64,000 bases of DNA from positions 11,018 to 75,017 of the forward strand of contig NW_021833427.1 of NCBI RefSeq assembly GCF_006345805.1. Reading direction: 5' to 3'. The DNA comes from Octopus sinensis (taxonomy: Eukaryota). Below the pieces are notes generated by a model. That model had not been told where the DNA came from and searched no databases. It saw only the letters and a list, made by a program, of their open reading frames with translations. The translations under genes and the position numbers were made by a program. Each line of letters opens with the position of its first letter. The first letter of the stretch is position 1. This document shows, one piece after another, positions 41,001-53,906 of this stretch.

Positions 41001-41533
41001 GATTGGAGGAAGATTTGGCTGCTATTTTCAAACAGATCCAACGACCACATAGACGCAGCCTCGGTGACTCCAACACTTCCGGTTTAAACCCATGCTGGTT
41101 TCTGCCGACTGAAAACTCTTCAGCTCAATTCATATCGATCTCAGAATCGATCGATGGGCAAACTCGGACTTTTATGATAACATTTCTATAGCCAGGTACT
41201 CCTGGCATTGAACCCCCACTCCACACACACACACACTTAGAGGGGGGGAGCACAAGGCCCTCACATGGTTGAACCACAGAGGCTGGTGGTTCTCGTTTTC
41301 AGCTGAATAACGACGTGAGTAGAAGTATCTTGTTCAAGGACATAATCTACTGCCCAGTCTGGAAATCGAACCTACGACTTTACGATCGTGAGCCCAACAC
41401 CTCTAACCACTTAGTCACGTGCCTTCACAATCTAGCTAAAGTGGGAGAATTGGCCCTTTCATGCTGAATGGTAATTATCTAAAACAAGGAGCAAAAATAG
41501 GAAGCCAGTAACCACCCCACCACGACCACCACG

Positions 41534-41565
<32 letters not shown>

Positions 41566-41631
41566 CATCATCACCACCATCACTACTATTATTAATACTA
41601 CTATTTCTACTACTGCTATTACTACTTGTGT

Positions 41632-41836
41632 AAACACTGCAGAGTGAGACGTAATTTGTTAATCCCCGATACGGTTTCGATATTAGTCTGAAATCAGTTT
41701 GACTTCAACCAGGATGGAAAAACGCATGAACATTACAAAATCCATAAGTGACCCCTTTTTCAGGGTCTCAGAAACTGAAAGGAGGAGAGGAGATTGTTTA
41801 TTCTCAGACTAGAGACCAGACCTAGAGATGTTTATA
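41632..41836. repeat. ~200-bp direct duplication, copy 1 (unknown nature)
   Basis: Highly similar to 42630-42822. Confidence 0.9.
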
Positions 41837-42629
41837 TACCTGTCGTGGTTATTAGAAAATAAAATTTGTTTCGAGTATGAATTGAAACCGCTTCGCCGTA
41901 GTTCATGTCCACCTCGCTCTTTACTAAACAATTTCAGTCTCCCTTCACTCGATACAATAATTTTTTACGACCAAATATATTTCTTTTTTTCTTTTCTTTT
42001 TTTTCCCTTTTTTTTTCGTTTTTAGTTTCATTTTTAAGTCGTTGGATTGACAAAATTGTTAGGGAAGTCAAACAAAATGCCTTGCGGTGTTTAGTACTAC
42101 CCTTTATTTTCTGAGTTCAAGTCCCAGCGAAATCAGTTCAGGGGTTTGTTTCTCTCTTCGGAGTTGATAAAATATATCTACTTCATCAAAAACCGAGTAG
42201 ATATATTCGACTGTACACCTACCCCTATGTTAGAAATCAATAAATATAAAGGAGAATGGACATGATACGCAGTGACGGTCCTACTTATCCAATTAAGTGA
42301 CGCAAAGGGAGTTAAAAGACTTCTAGATGGAATCGAAACTGGATCATTGTTTCGGGTCATCAGAATTTCTCCTCTTGGTGTATAGCACATGGCACGCTTT
42401 ACCAAACTAAAAAAATAAAAGCTTGGTGTTTCGACCCCGTTTATAACTGGTACTTACGTAATCGAACTCTAAAAGTGAAAAGACAAAGGCAGTCACAGTG
42501 GAATTTGAGCCCCTTGTCTCTGAAGGCTGAAATTCAATACAGTAATGGAGCCAATGAGATTATTTACCGTCTCTGCCATATCACTTTTATTTCCTGTCCT
42601 GGTATTGTTGTCACAGAATATTGGATGGC

Positions 42630-42822
42630 AAACACTGTGTAGTGAGACGTAATTTCACGATACGGTTTCGATATTAGTCTGAAATCGTTTTGACTTCAAC
42701 CAGGATGTAAAAACGCATGAACATCACAAAATCCATAAGTGATCCCTTTTTCAGGGTCTCAGAAACTGAAAGGAGAAGAGATTATTTATTCACAAACTAG
42801 AGACCACACCTAAATGTTTATA
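42630..42822. repeat. ~200-bp direct duplication, copy 2
   Basis: Highly similar to 41632-41836. Confidence 0.9.
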
Positions 42823-43417
42823 ACAAAGTGGACGCGCTAAATACACCCAGGGGTCAGTTGGTGGTGTTAAACAAAGCGGCGAATTAAGTCAACCATCCAA
42901 ACTTAGGCTGGAATCTAAGTTTTGAGCTGACACAGTCTCTATATATATACAACTGATGTCCTGGGTATGAATTTGAACTGCATCCGGTTGTGGGCTTTTG
43001 GTTTGCGAGTCACAGGGTTTGAAGGGTTTTTGGAACCACCTCTTATCCAATATTGTTCCCAGGTCTATGCGGAACCGGAGTAGTAGCACTTGTCAGGGTC
43101 ACGTCTATGAGTTAATTAGCATATTAGGACTCACCTAATATGCTAATTTAAGAGTGGATCCGGCGGATTCTGCACGAGAATCTTTCATGATTCAACGGAT
43201 GGGAAGACCACTGCAGCAACGTATCGTAGACTGCAGAAAGCAAAGCAAGGTAAATACGACATCTTGGTCATCCGCTGTATATATCTGGTCATCTTGACCT
43301 GGTCTTGCCACTGAACTGAAGGACGTTTTCGGACGAGAGAGTGGGGTTGACCGTACGCAACTCTTCTTCACTTTAAACAAAGCCACAGCAGACGTCGCTC
43401 CAACGGACGTCCATGAA

Positions 43418-44019
43418 TTCTTTTCTACTCTAGGCACAAGGCCCAAAACATTTTCGGGAGCGGGGTGCAGTCGATTAGATCGACTCCAGTACGCAACTGG
43501 TACTTAATTTATCGATCCCGAAAGGAAGAAAGGCAAAGTCGACCTCCGCAGAATTTGAACTCAGAAGTAAAGACAGATGAAATCGCGCTAAGCATTTTGC
43601 CTGGTGTGCTAACGATTCTTATTTCTTTATTGTCCACAAGAGGCTAAACATAGAGGGGACAAACAAGGACAGACAAACGGATAAAGTCGATTACATCGAC
43701 CCCAGTGCGTAATTGGTACTTAATTTATCGACCCCGAAAGAATGAAAGGCAAAGTTGGCCTCGGCGGAATTTAAACTCAGAACGTAGCGGCAGACGAAAT
43801 ACCTATTTCTATTTCTTTACTACCCACAAGGGGCTAAACACAGAGAAGACAAACAAGGACAGACACAAGGATTAAGTCGATTACATTGACCCCAGTGCGT
43901 AACTGGTACTTAATTTATCGACCCCGAAAGGATGAAAGGCAAAGTCGACCTCGGCGGAATTTGAACTGAGAACGTAACGGCAGACGCGCCCGGCGTGCTA
44001 ACGTTTCTGCCAGCTCGCC
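43418..44019 (-). mobile_element. head-to-tail trimer of SINE family B
   Basis: Three consecutive ggtacttaatttatcga.cccgaaag units. Confidence 0.85.
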
Positions 44020-44977
44020 TACAACTAAATTTCATACACTGAACAACTGTAAAGAACTGTCTATTGTGGAGAGAAAAAGTGAGATCAATTCGCTTAGTTT
44101 AACTCCAACTTCTGGAACCGGATGGAACTAAGATTTAGATATTGTCTTAATTCTTGATGAGATTCTAAGAAGAATTGAAACCAGTTAGACTGGTCCCTCT
44201 TTTCGTGTTCACAAAGGGATTAAGTGAAATACAGTGTTTGTAATTAAGAAGTGTGTTTAATTTTTGTGTTCAATTTTGTTTAATTAAACGGTCCACATCC
44301 GTTCGTCTCCCAAATGCTTTCTACTATAGGCACAAGGCCTGAAGGTTCGAGGAAGGTGTTAGTCGATGACATCGACCCCAGTACTCAACTGGTACTTATT
44401 TTATAATAATAATGCTTTCTACTATCACACATATAAGGTTGTCCCCAAAGGAGCCGCGAATCCGAAACCAAGAATCTGTGAAGTGGGCTTCTTAAGCACC
44501 CACCCTAACACTACACCCACACCAATACTCTTATAGGTACCCATACCCCTCTCTACATCCATACCCGTATCTACACCCACCTAGCCATCCCCACACCTTT
44601 ATCCAGGCCTGCACCCATATTTAATTATGTCTGGCGAAAAAGAAATCTATAACTGTCAAAAGAGAACAGGTGTTTGATAGTGTATGTCCTTCTACTCGGA
44701 TGGCAATAGTGTCGGGTATCCACCCCGATGAGTCAGCAGCCTTGTTGTAACGTCTCCTTTTGCTAACCTGAATAATTTAACACTTACCTGGGGTAATCAA
44801 TCACTTAACCTCGCTACTTGAAACTGCAACTGTCAGACATCTTATATCATGTCAAAGTAGACTTACGCTAAATATAGGCGAGGTGGTCACGGCACGAGTG
44901 TCTTTGATAATTAAGTTTGCTCAATCGAGGTTGACTTCGAGTTACACAACATCATCATCATCAGCAGCAGCAGCAGT

Positions 44978-45340
44978 GGAAGCGCAATGGCCCAGTGGTT
45001 AGGGCAACGAACTCGCGGTCGGAGGATCGCGGTTTCGATTCCCAGACCGGGCGTTGTGTGTGTTTACTGAGCGAAAACACCTGAAGCTCCACGAGGCTCC
45101 GGCAGTTGGTGGTGGCGACCCTGTTGTACTCTTTCGCTCCAACTTTCTCTCACTCTTTCTTCCTGTTTTTCGTCCCCGACTTCCTACGCAACCGCTGAGC
45201 CTGGATGCGCATTCATCCATCCGTCGATGCTCTCGGTGTCGGGGGTTGACCTGCTTTCTCTTCTGCGGGTCTTACAAATAGCAAAGGACCACATTTCGGA
45301 CTTCTCTCACTGCTCTGGGACGAAGACCGCTTCACTCAAC
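44978..45340 (+). mobile_element. SINE, family C head with an alternative 3' body
   Basis: Same tRNA head as 12213. It diverges after CTCACTCTTTCTTC and has a (CAA/CAG) tail. Confidence 0.85.
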
Positions 45341-45865
45341 AGCAACATCAATGTCGCAGCTATATGTGTGTATGCAGCAAAGGTTATAGACATGATACTA
45401 TGAATCGTTGTCGCTAGAAACGGTTTCACATCGCTCGACCTGCTAGACATAGCAGCCAAATCACCCCACAATCATACACTTCTGTCTTAAAAAAAATAAA
45501 TTACTCCTCAGTAATTTATACAGATGAGTAAAGCAGTGTAAAGTTATAATCTTCTTTAGACCACCATTTAGGAGATATATCGATTATCGATCTATTGGTG
45601 ATTGACTAACCTCTCATCCAATTGGGAGATCAATCAGACATCTGTTTAGGAAAGGAATCCAGTAAGCAATAACCTAAAACAGGTTTATTTCACTAAAAAA
45701 TCCCCCCTCTCTCTATCCAAAGACGAAGTATTCGGCAGAGATATAATGACACATTAAGAAGTAACAATATACATTCCTTTCTCTTTAATTCAACCACTGG
45801 CAAGACGATGCTCTATGTGGTCACTCGAACCGCAAGAAATAGTAACCAAATCCTCTCAGAATACA

Positions 45866-46080
45866 CTCTTTACTCTCTTTTACTCTTTTACTTGTTTCAG
45901 TCATTTGACTGCGGCCATGCTGGAGCACCGCCTTTAGTCGAGAAAATCGACCTCGGGACTTATTATTTGTAAGCCCAGTACTTATTCTAGCGGTCTCTTT
46001 TGCCGAACCGCTAAGTGACGGGGACGTAAACACACCAGCATCGGTTGTCAAGCAATGTTAGGGGGACAAACACACACACA

Positions 46081-46150
<70 letters not shown>

Positions 46151-46312
46151 TACGACAGGCTTCTTTCAGTTTCCGTCTGCCAAATCCACTCACAAGGCAT
46201 TAGTCGGCCTGGGGCTATAGCAGAAGACACTTGCCCAAGATGCCACGCAGTGGGACTAAACCCAGAACCATGTGGTTGGTAAGCAAGCTACTTACCACAC
46301 AGCCACTCCTGC
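45866..46312 (-). mobile_element. full-length SINE family A
   Basis: Reverse complement of the family A consensus. Confidence 0.9.
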
Positions 46313-46698
46313 GTTTTACATAAAGACACTGGACATTGCTCTCCTAGGTTACTTCTCAGCGGGACAGTCACGGTTGAAACGGCTTTGATCGTAGGTCTAC
46401 ACCGTCAGGGGCTGACCCGAGGCTACACAACAACTCAACGACTTCAAACTGAATCCAGAAGAATTTAAATAAAGAATTTGGTAAGGGATCGAAATCAAGG
46501 CAGCGAATCACGTGGAATCTGGTGTCGTCGGTGGTTCGGCCATGTTAGTTTGGCCTCTGAATGTCGGTTCGCCATTTCCATATTAAGTAGACATTAAGTA
46601 GAGAGTGGAAGGGTTAAATATAAATGCGTTGGTTGCGAGAGGTCATATATTAACTGCAGTGACTAATAAAGTCGAAGACTTCATTAACGGATCTGTGG

Positions 46699-46717
46699 CA
46701 GCGCCATCTACTGGCGG
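46699..46717 (-). promoter_or_regulatory. candidate CTCF binding site
   Basis: CCGCCAGTAGATGGCGCTG matches the core CCASYAGRKGGCRS and lies in non-repetitive sequence. Confidence 0.45.
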
Positions 46718-46828
46718 CCATAACAAATGCTATTTTATGGCTTTGAAATTAGCTTAATACCATTAAAATGCAAATGTTTTTATCGTAAAATGAAGCAGAG
46801 CTAAACCGGCTTTAATGGGGTTGCGTAC

Positions 46829-46904
<76 letters not shown>

Positions 46905-46920
46905 TGTGGTGTGTGTGTGT

Positions 46921-46959
<39 letters not shown>

Positions 46960-47357
46960 TGTGTGTGGTGTGTCTGTGTGTGTGTGTGTGTGGTGTCTGT
47001 GTGTCTGTGTGTGTGTGTGTGTGCTTGTGTTGATGTGTATGTATATATGTGAATGGAAGAAAGCTAATGAAAGATTATGTATGTATGTATGTATGTATAC
47101 ATGTATGTATGTATGTATATTGATATGTATATGTGAATATATGCAGTATGAATGTATGTCTTTATATGTTTATATCTGTATGTGTATATGATGGTATATT
47201 TGTATGTATATGTATACGTGTGTGTGTATACATACATACATACATATATATATATACATATATATATATGTGTGTGTGTGTGTGTGTATGTATGTATATA
47301 GAGAGAGATGCATGTGCAAGTGTACACGTTATAAATATAATATATGTATGTACATAT

Positions 47358-47449
<92 letters not shown>

Positions 47450-47789
47450 CATACATACACACACATATTAATGTGTGTAATTACATACACAAATGTACAT
47501 ATGCATGTATGAAGTGAGTGGTGATGGTCGTGATGGAGGTTCTGGTTAACAGAAGTTCCAAGTTGGAACTGGTTATAACCAGTTATTAAACAAACTGAAT
47601 CGTTAGAACAGCAGTCACAGATGAGATGAATTCGTATTCTGTTGGGTAAATTAGAGCGTTTTAATACTTGGAATAAGAATGGCAGGACAACACTTGAAAG
47701 CGAATTAGAAACCTCGCATCACCAGCATCATCCTGACCATCACCATCATCATCATCATCATTATTATTATTGTTGTTGTTGTTGTTAAA

Positions 47790-48190
47790 GAGACGAGCTG
47801 GCAGAATCGTCATCTGGCCGGGCGAAATGCTAAGCGGTATTTCGTCTGCCACTACGCTCTCAGTTCAAATTCCGCTGAGGTCGACTTTGCCTTTCATCCT
47901 TTCGGGGTCGATAAATTAAGTACCAGTTACGCACTGGGGTCGATATAATCGACTTAATCCGTTTGTCTGTCCTTGTTTGTTCCCTCTATGTTTAGTCCCT
48001 TGCGGGTAGTAAAGAAATAGGTATTTCGTCTGCCACTGCGTTCTGAGTTCAAATTCCGCCGAGGCCGACTTTGCCTTTCATCCTTTCGGGGTCGATAAAA
48101 TTAGTACCAGTTCCGCACTGGTGTCGATATAAATCGACTTAATTCCTTCCCCAAAATTTGAGGCTTTGTGCTTCCAGCAGAAAGGATTAT
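47790..48190 (+). mobile_element. head-to-tail dimer of SINE family B (tail type 1 then tail type 2)
   Basis: Junction AAAGAAATAGGTATTTCGTCTGCC at 48011-48034. Confidence 0.85.
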
Positions 48191-48213
48191 TATTATTATT
48201 ATCATCATCATTG

Positions 48214-48338
48214 CCTTTTCACAGCTTCTAGCGCTGGAGATGTACTACGGTGTCAGCTGTTCACTACCAGTGAGCTAAAGTAACACTCCTTATTTTTCGT
48301 GCACCATCCGGAGTATTCGAGCGGTTCTGAGCAGTGCC
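48214..48338 (-). mobile_element. extreme 3' end of an R4/Dong-type LINE
   Basis: Translation ALLRTARILRMVHEK* resembles the ALLGTARILR C-terminus. It is followed by a short UTR and a TGA/TAA repeat. Confidence 0.6.
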
Positions 48339-48870
48339 ACCACCACCATCACCATCACTACCACCACCCCCATTACCACCACCACCACCACCACCACCAC
48401 CACCACAACCACCACTACCATTACCATCACCACCACCACCACAACCACCACTACCATTACCATCACCACCACCAACACCACCACCACCACCACCACGACA
48501 ACACCCACCACCACCATCATTACCATCACCACCATCATCCCCAACACCACCATTACCATCACCACTACAACCACTACCATTACCACCACTGCTACCACCA
48601 CCACCACCACCATCACCGCCTCTGCCACTACAATCTGCAACACTATACCACCTTCGCTGCACTCCACCACTATCACCACCACCACCCCATTGCTTCATTA
48701 CCATCACCACTACTACCATCACTGCACCACCACCACAAGACCCATCATCAGCACCAACACTACAAGTACCACTACACAACCACAGACATCACCACCACCA
48801 CACCATAACTCCCACCATCACCACTACTATAAACACCAATACCACTTTCACTACTACCACCGCTACCCTT
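48339..48870. repeat. degenerate (CCA)n tract
   Basis: Direct reading. Confidence 0.9.
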
Positions 48871-49422
48871 ACACTCACCAGCGTCAGGTTTTGGTTTATC
48901 GAGTGGGGTGTCCCAAACAGTTCCGCCCTCACCCACCCACCCCCGCTTCCCCAACCAGCGGGTGGTCCACCTAAGATGGTGTCAAACCTCATCTTTTCTC
49001 ACCCCAACAACCACCGGCTCATTGCTCGCTTGGCATCCGGAATATTTCACGTTGCAAACCAGCGCTTGTCAAACAAGATAGCAACGGCGAGAGGTTTCGA
49101 GAAGCCTCGCGCTACGGTGGCAAATCAAGGGGAGCAAAAAAAATATATATATAATGAACAAAGACAAAAGGACAAATAAAAAAATATAAAAAAATAAAGT
49201 GGGAGGGGCAGGACAGAAAGAAAGGGTGAGGGAGGAAGAAGACAAGGGGGTGAAAAAAAAAGAGGGTCTCTTTGTCCAATTTGACACTGGTGTACATCGT
49301 TACACCCTTCATAGATTCGGGGTTTATCAAGTGGTAAGGAGTCATCCACGACCATCTCTCTCCCTCTGTCTCTCCTTCTCTATCTCTCTCATCCTCTCTC
49401 TCTCACCCTTTCTCTCTCTCCT

Positions 49423-49454
<32 letters not shown>

Positions 49455-49849
49455 CTCTCCCTCTTCCTTATTTATTAATGTCAACATTGACAGCATATAG
49501 GTGCGACAATGAAGAAAATTAAAGGTTACACTTGTCGGTGTGTGTGTGTATATATATATATACATATATATATGTGACTGTGCGTGTATGTGTGTGTGAG
49601 CGTGTATAGTGTATGTGTGTGTGTAAATATATATATATACGTGTGTGTGTGCGCGTGTAACACATGAAGAGAGCCAGCCATATTTGAATCGCCAACAGAT
49701 AACAATATCTGTTTCGTGTTTATGTAGCACATCGTAAAATTGATTAGATTCATGCACACACACACACACACACACATACGCACATACATATATACGTATG
49801 TGTATACGCATACATACATACTCACACGCACACACACAATAAAATTAAT

Positions 49850-50061
49850 GGTTTCAAATTTTGGTACAAGGCCAGCAATTTTGGCGGGGGGTGTAAGTCG
49901 AATACATCGAGCCCAGTTCTGAACTGGTACTTATTTTATCGGTCCCAAAAGAATGAAAGGCAATGTCGACCTCGGTGGAATTTGAATTCAGAACGAGAAG
50001 ACGGATGAAACGCCGCTAAGCATTTTGTCCGGCGTGCTAGCGATTCTGCCAGTGCACCGCC

Positions 50062-50063
<2 letters not shown>
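49850..50063 (-). mobile_element. SINE family B (tail type 2)
   Basis: Reverse complement of the family B head and body. Confidence 0.85.
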
Positions 50064-50104
<41 letters not shown>

Positions 50105-50589
50105 TGATGATGATGATGATGATGATATGATGATGATGATGATAATGAGCGAGGCGAAGCAACGACATCAAAGACGAATAAAGGTATATTAAATACCATA
50201 AAATATAAATTCTTCATGTCTTAAAATAATTTCTGCTTCAAGGGAAGGTAGGTCAATCGCCTGGTGTTAAATGGTCTCAACTCCAAATGAAAAGGCGAAA
50301 TAATTCCAAGTAGGGTCTTCCAAAGTTAAATTGCTATAAGGAACAGAAAGTCTGTTATTCCGTCTTACACCCAACTCTAATATTAACAGCCTGGAAAATT
50401 CTTGTGTGGTTTGAACTGCAGATCACAACTATGGTCTCTGAAGAAAAATTTCAAGCTTTACATTTTGGAGAAATTGCGAAAAACAAGACAAAGTCAGGAA
50501 TTTCAGGTGCCAAGAATGCTTCCACTCGTAGTTTCTTTTTTCTTTTCTTTTTTCTTTTAATGCCGTGTGGGATGAGGGACGATATATTA

Positions 50590-51650
50590 TACTCTCTTTA
50601 CTCTTTTACTTATTTCAGTCATTTGACTGCGGCCATGCTGTAGCACCGCCTTTTAGTCGAGCAAATTGACCCCAGGACTTATTGTTTATAAGCCTAGTAC
50701 TTATTCTATCGGTAACTGCTAAGTTACGGGGACGTAAACACGCCACCATCGGTTGTCAAATGATGTTGGGGGGGGGGACAAATACAGACACACAAACATA
50801 TACACACACACACATATATATACATATATACGACGGGCTTCTTTCAGTTTCCATCTACCAAATCCACTCACAAGGCTTTAGTCGGTCCGAGGCTATAGTA
50901 AAAGACACTTGCCCAAGGTGCCACGCAGTGGGACTGAACCCGGAACCATGTGGTTGCTAAGCAAGCTACTTACCACACAGCCACTCACATATATACGACG
51001 GGCTTCTTTCAGTTTCCGTCTACCAAATCCACTCCCAAGGCTTTGGTCGGCCCGAGGCTATAGTAAAAGACACTTGCCCAAGGTGCCATGCAGTGGGACT
51101 GAACCCGGAACCATGTGGTTGCTAAGCAAGCTACTTACCACACAGCCACTTACATACATAGGACGGGCTTCTTTCAGTTTCCGTCTACCAAATCCACTCA
51201 CAAGGCTTTGGTTGGCCCGAGGCTATAGTAAAAGACACTTGCCCAAGGTGCCATGCAGTGGGACTGAACCCGGAACCATGTGGTTGCTAAGCAAGCTACT
51301 TACCACACAGCCACTTACATACATACGACGGGCTTCTTTCAGTTTCCGTCTACCAAATCCTCTCACAAGGCTTTGGTCGGCCCGAGGCTATAGTAAAAGA
51401 CACTTGCCCAAGGTGCCATGCAGTGGGACTGAACCGGGAACCATGTGGTTGGTAAGCAAGCTACTTACGACACAGCCACTCACATATATACGACGGGCTT
51501 CTTTCAGTTTCCGTCTACCAAATCCACTCACAAGGCTTTGGTTGGCCCGATGCTATAGTTGAAGACACTTGCCCAAATTGCCACGCAATGGGACTGAACC
51601 CGGAACCATGTGGCTGGTAAGCAAGCTACTTACCACAAAGCTACTCCTGT
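50590..51650 (-). mobile_element. SINE family A with five tandem 165-bp head modules and one 3' half
   Basis: The (C/G)GACGGGCTTC anchor recurs at 50831, 50996, 51161, 51326 and 51491. Confidence 0.92.
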
Positions 51651-52037
51651 GTGTGTGTGTGGAAGATATGATGTTTATCCCAATTATCTGCGGCGAATGA
51701 AAGGAATGGGAGAAAGTAATAAATAAATAAACCCGTTTGGTTTATAAATCTTCAATGCTATTGAATTACATTGGGTTTCAAATCTGTCTACATTTAGTCG
51801 AGGCTGTGAAATATCATAAAGAATAATTTATGAAGAGTCGCAAGGCAAATAATAATAAGAGAAGCGGAAAAGTAATTGCAAGGTTGTAACTTCTAAAAGG
51901 GTGATAATGATAACATTAAACGGTGTTTTGTAATCGGGGGAAAATGAAAGTGAAAGTAAAAGGATCGTCGAGTTAGAAGGAAATACTGAGAGTTCATAAA
52001 TTACACTGTGCAACGAAATTTTTATTTTATTTTATTT

Positions 52038-52452
52038 TACTCTTTTACTCTTTTACTCTTTTACTTGTTTCAGTCATTTGACTGCGGCCATGCTGGAGCA
52101 CCGCCTTTAGTCGAGCAACTCGACCCCGGGACTTATTCTTTGTAAGCCCAGTACTTATTCTATCGGTCTCTTTTGCCGATCCGCTAAGTGACGGGGACGT
52201 AAACACACCAGCATCGGTTGTCAAGTGATGTTGGAGGGACAAACACAGACACACAAACTCACACACAAATATATATACATACATATATACGACAGGCTTC
52301 TTTCAGTTACCGTCTACCAAATCCACTCACAAGGCATTGGTCGACCCGGGGCTATAGCAGAAGACACTTGCCCAAGATGCCACGCAGTGGGACTGAACCC
52401 GGAACCATGTGGTTGGTTAGCAAGCTACTTACCACACAGCCACTCCTGCGCC
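52038..52452 (-). mobile_element. full-length SINE family A
   Basis: Reverse complement of the family A consensus. Confidence 0.9.
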
Positions 52453-52619
52453 TATTTTATTTATTTTATTTATTTTTTATTTTATTTCATTTATTTTATT
52501 TTATTTATTTATTGCATTGTCTTTGGTCTGTAAGGGTTATTTCCAATTCGCTTCTATCTAGAAATCAGAAGAAATTACTTTTATTCCCTTCAAACTCATG
52601 TGGACGCCAATGTTCCAAA

Positions 52620-52855
52620 ACTGACCTATTTTCCATTACATTTCAGACAGATCCAGCACTGAGTTGCTGAAGCAGAAATATCGTTATAGCAAATATTCTG
52701 CTCAACACCACAGACTTTCCTGTCAGATGATTTGATCATAACCACTTGGGCATGTCCCTTAGTGGCTGACAATATGTGAATCCCCGATGATGAGCAAGAA
52801 TAGTGGGGCAGCATCATAGCCATGTGTTGAGAGGGATTCTTTGGGGTTTGAATAA
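52620..52855 (-). mobile_element. fragment of the same element family as 39478-39798
   Basis: Overlapping homology at 52805-52855. The left boundary is approximate. Confidence 0.45.
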
Positions 52856-52900
52856 ATGTAACAAAAGCAAAATTTGAAGGAAATATTTGCCATATATGAA

Positions 52901-53275
52901 GGCGCATGGCCGAGTGGTTAAGCTGTTGCACTCACGATCACTATAGCCTTGGGCCTACCAAAGCCTTGTGAGTGGATTTGGTAGACAGAAACTGAAAGAA
53001 GCCTGTAGTGTGGGGGGGGGCGTGTGTGTGCATGCGTTTATCCTCCAGCAACACTTGACAACTTGTGTTGGAGTGTTCACGTTCCCGTAACTTAGTGGTT
53101 CGACGAAAAAGACTGTTAGAATAAGTACTAGGCTTACAAAAAATAGGTACATAAATAAATAAATAAATAAATAAACAAATAAAATAGGAGTGGGGTTGAA
53201 TCATTCGACTAAAAATTCTTCAAGGCGGTGCCCCAGCATGGCCGCAGTCTAATGACCGAAAACAAGCGAGAGATA
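52901..53275 (+). mobile_element. chimeric SINE: a different tRNA head start joined to the family A body
   Basis: GGCGCATGGCCGAGTGGTTAAG...CTCACGATCA followed directly by CTATAGCCTTGGGCC...CAGCATGGCCGCAGTC. Confidence 0.7.
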
Positions 53276-53872
53276 AGACATAAAAAGATGCATTTCTATG
53301 GCTGTTAAATAGAAAGAGGGAAGAAGGAGCCGAGAGAGGTGACAGAGACTTTTGTAGAAAGATCAGACGATAAACTAGACAGGGATTATATTGGCTGTCG
53401 GTTGCGTAACATTGAAGAGGAGAGGCGAAAATATGTGCTGAAAATATGCGGAATGTACTAAAACCATTCTAGAGTTTGGATAATAAAGAGGAAAAATAAT
53501 AGTTTCGACAGTAAATCAAGTGAGATGGGGCGACGGAGATGGCGTCGTTTGGTAGACAGCAGATCTCTTTGAAACAATACGTTTCTTAGATTCTCCTCCT
53601 CTTACCGATCTCTTTCTCGCTTCATCTTCCTAGGTTTTCTTTTATCCACACCCCCACCCCCCCACCTCCACCCCCTCACCTCCACTGCCATCTACCTTTT
53701 TGATACCCGAACTCTACTTTGTTCGAGTACGCGTATGCGCGCACGTAAGTACATACATACATAGACACATGCATGAAAATATGTACATGCATGTACATCC
53801 ATCACATACATACATAAATACATATATACACGCATTTAGATACATACATACATATATACATACATACATATA

Positions 53873-53906
<34 letters not shown>

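Noticed and set aside
42340-42365. Hammerhead motif CTGATGACCCGAAAC (minus strand)
   Set aside because: Only 3 nt separate the boxes, and there is no helix I, helix III or correctly placed cleavage triplet.
44720-44840. Hammerhead-like CCGATGAG...GAAACTGCA
   Set aside because: The boxes are about 90 nt apart with no convincing helix II or helix I.
48334-49179. 281-aa proline-rich ORF with a complex C-terminus
   Set aside because: The first half is (CCA)n and the start codon is non-ATG. The rest has no recognisable domain or splice support.
50909-51562. 217-aa repeat protein
   Set aside because: It is the antisense reading of five 165-bp SINE heads. The same peptide appears from every family A copy.
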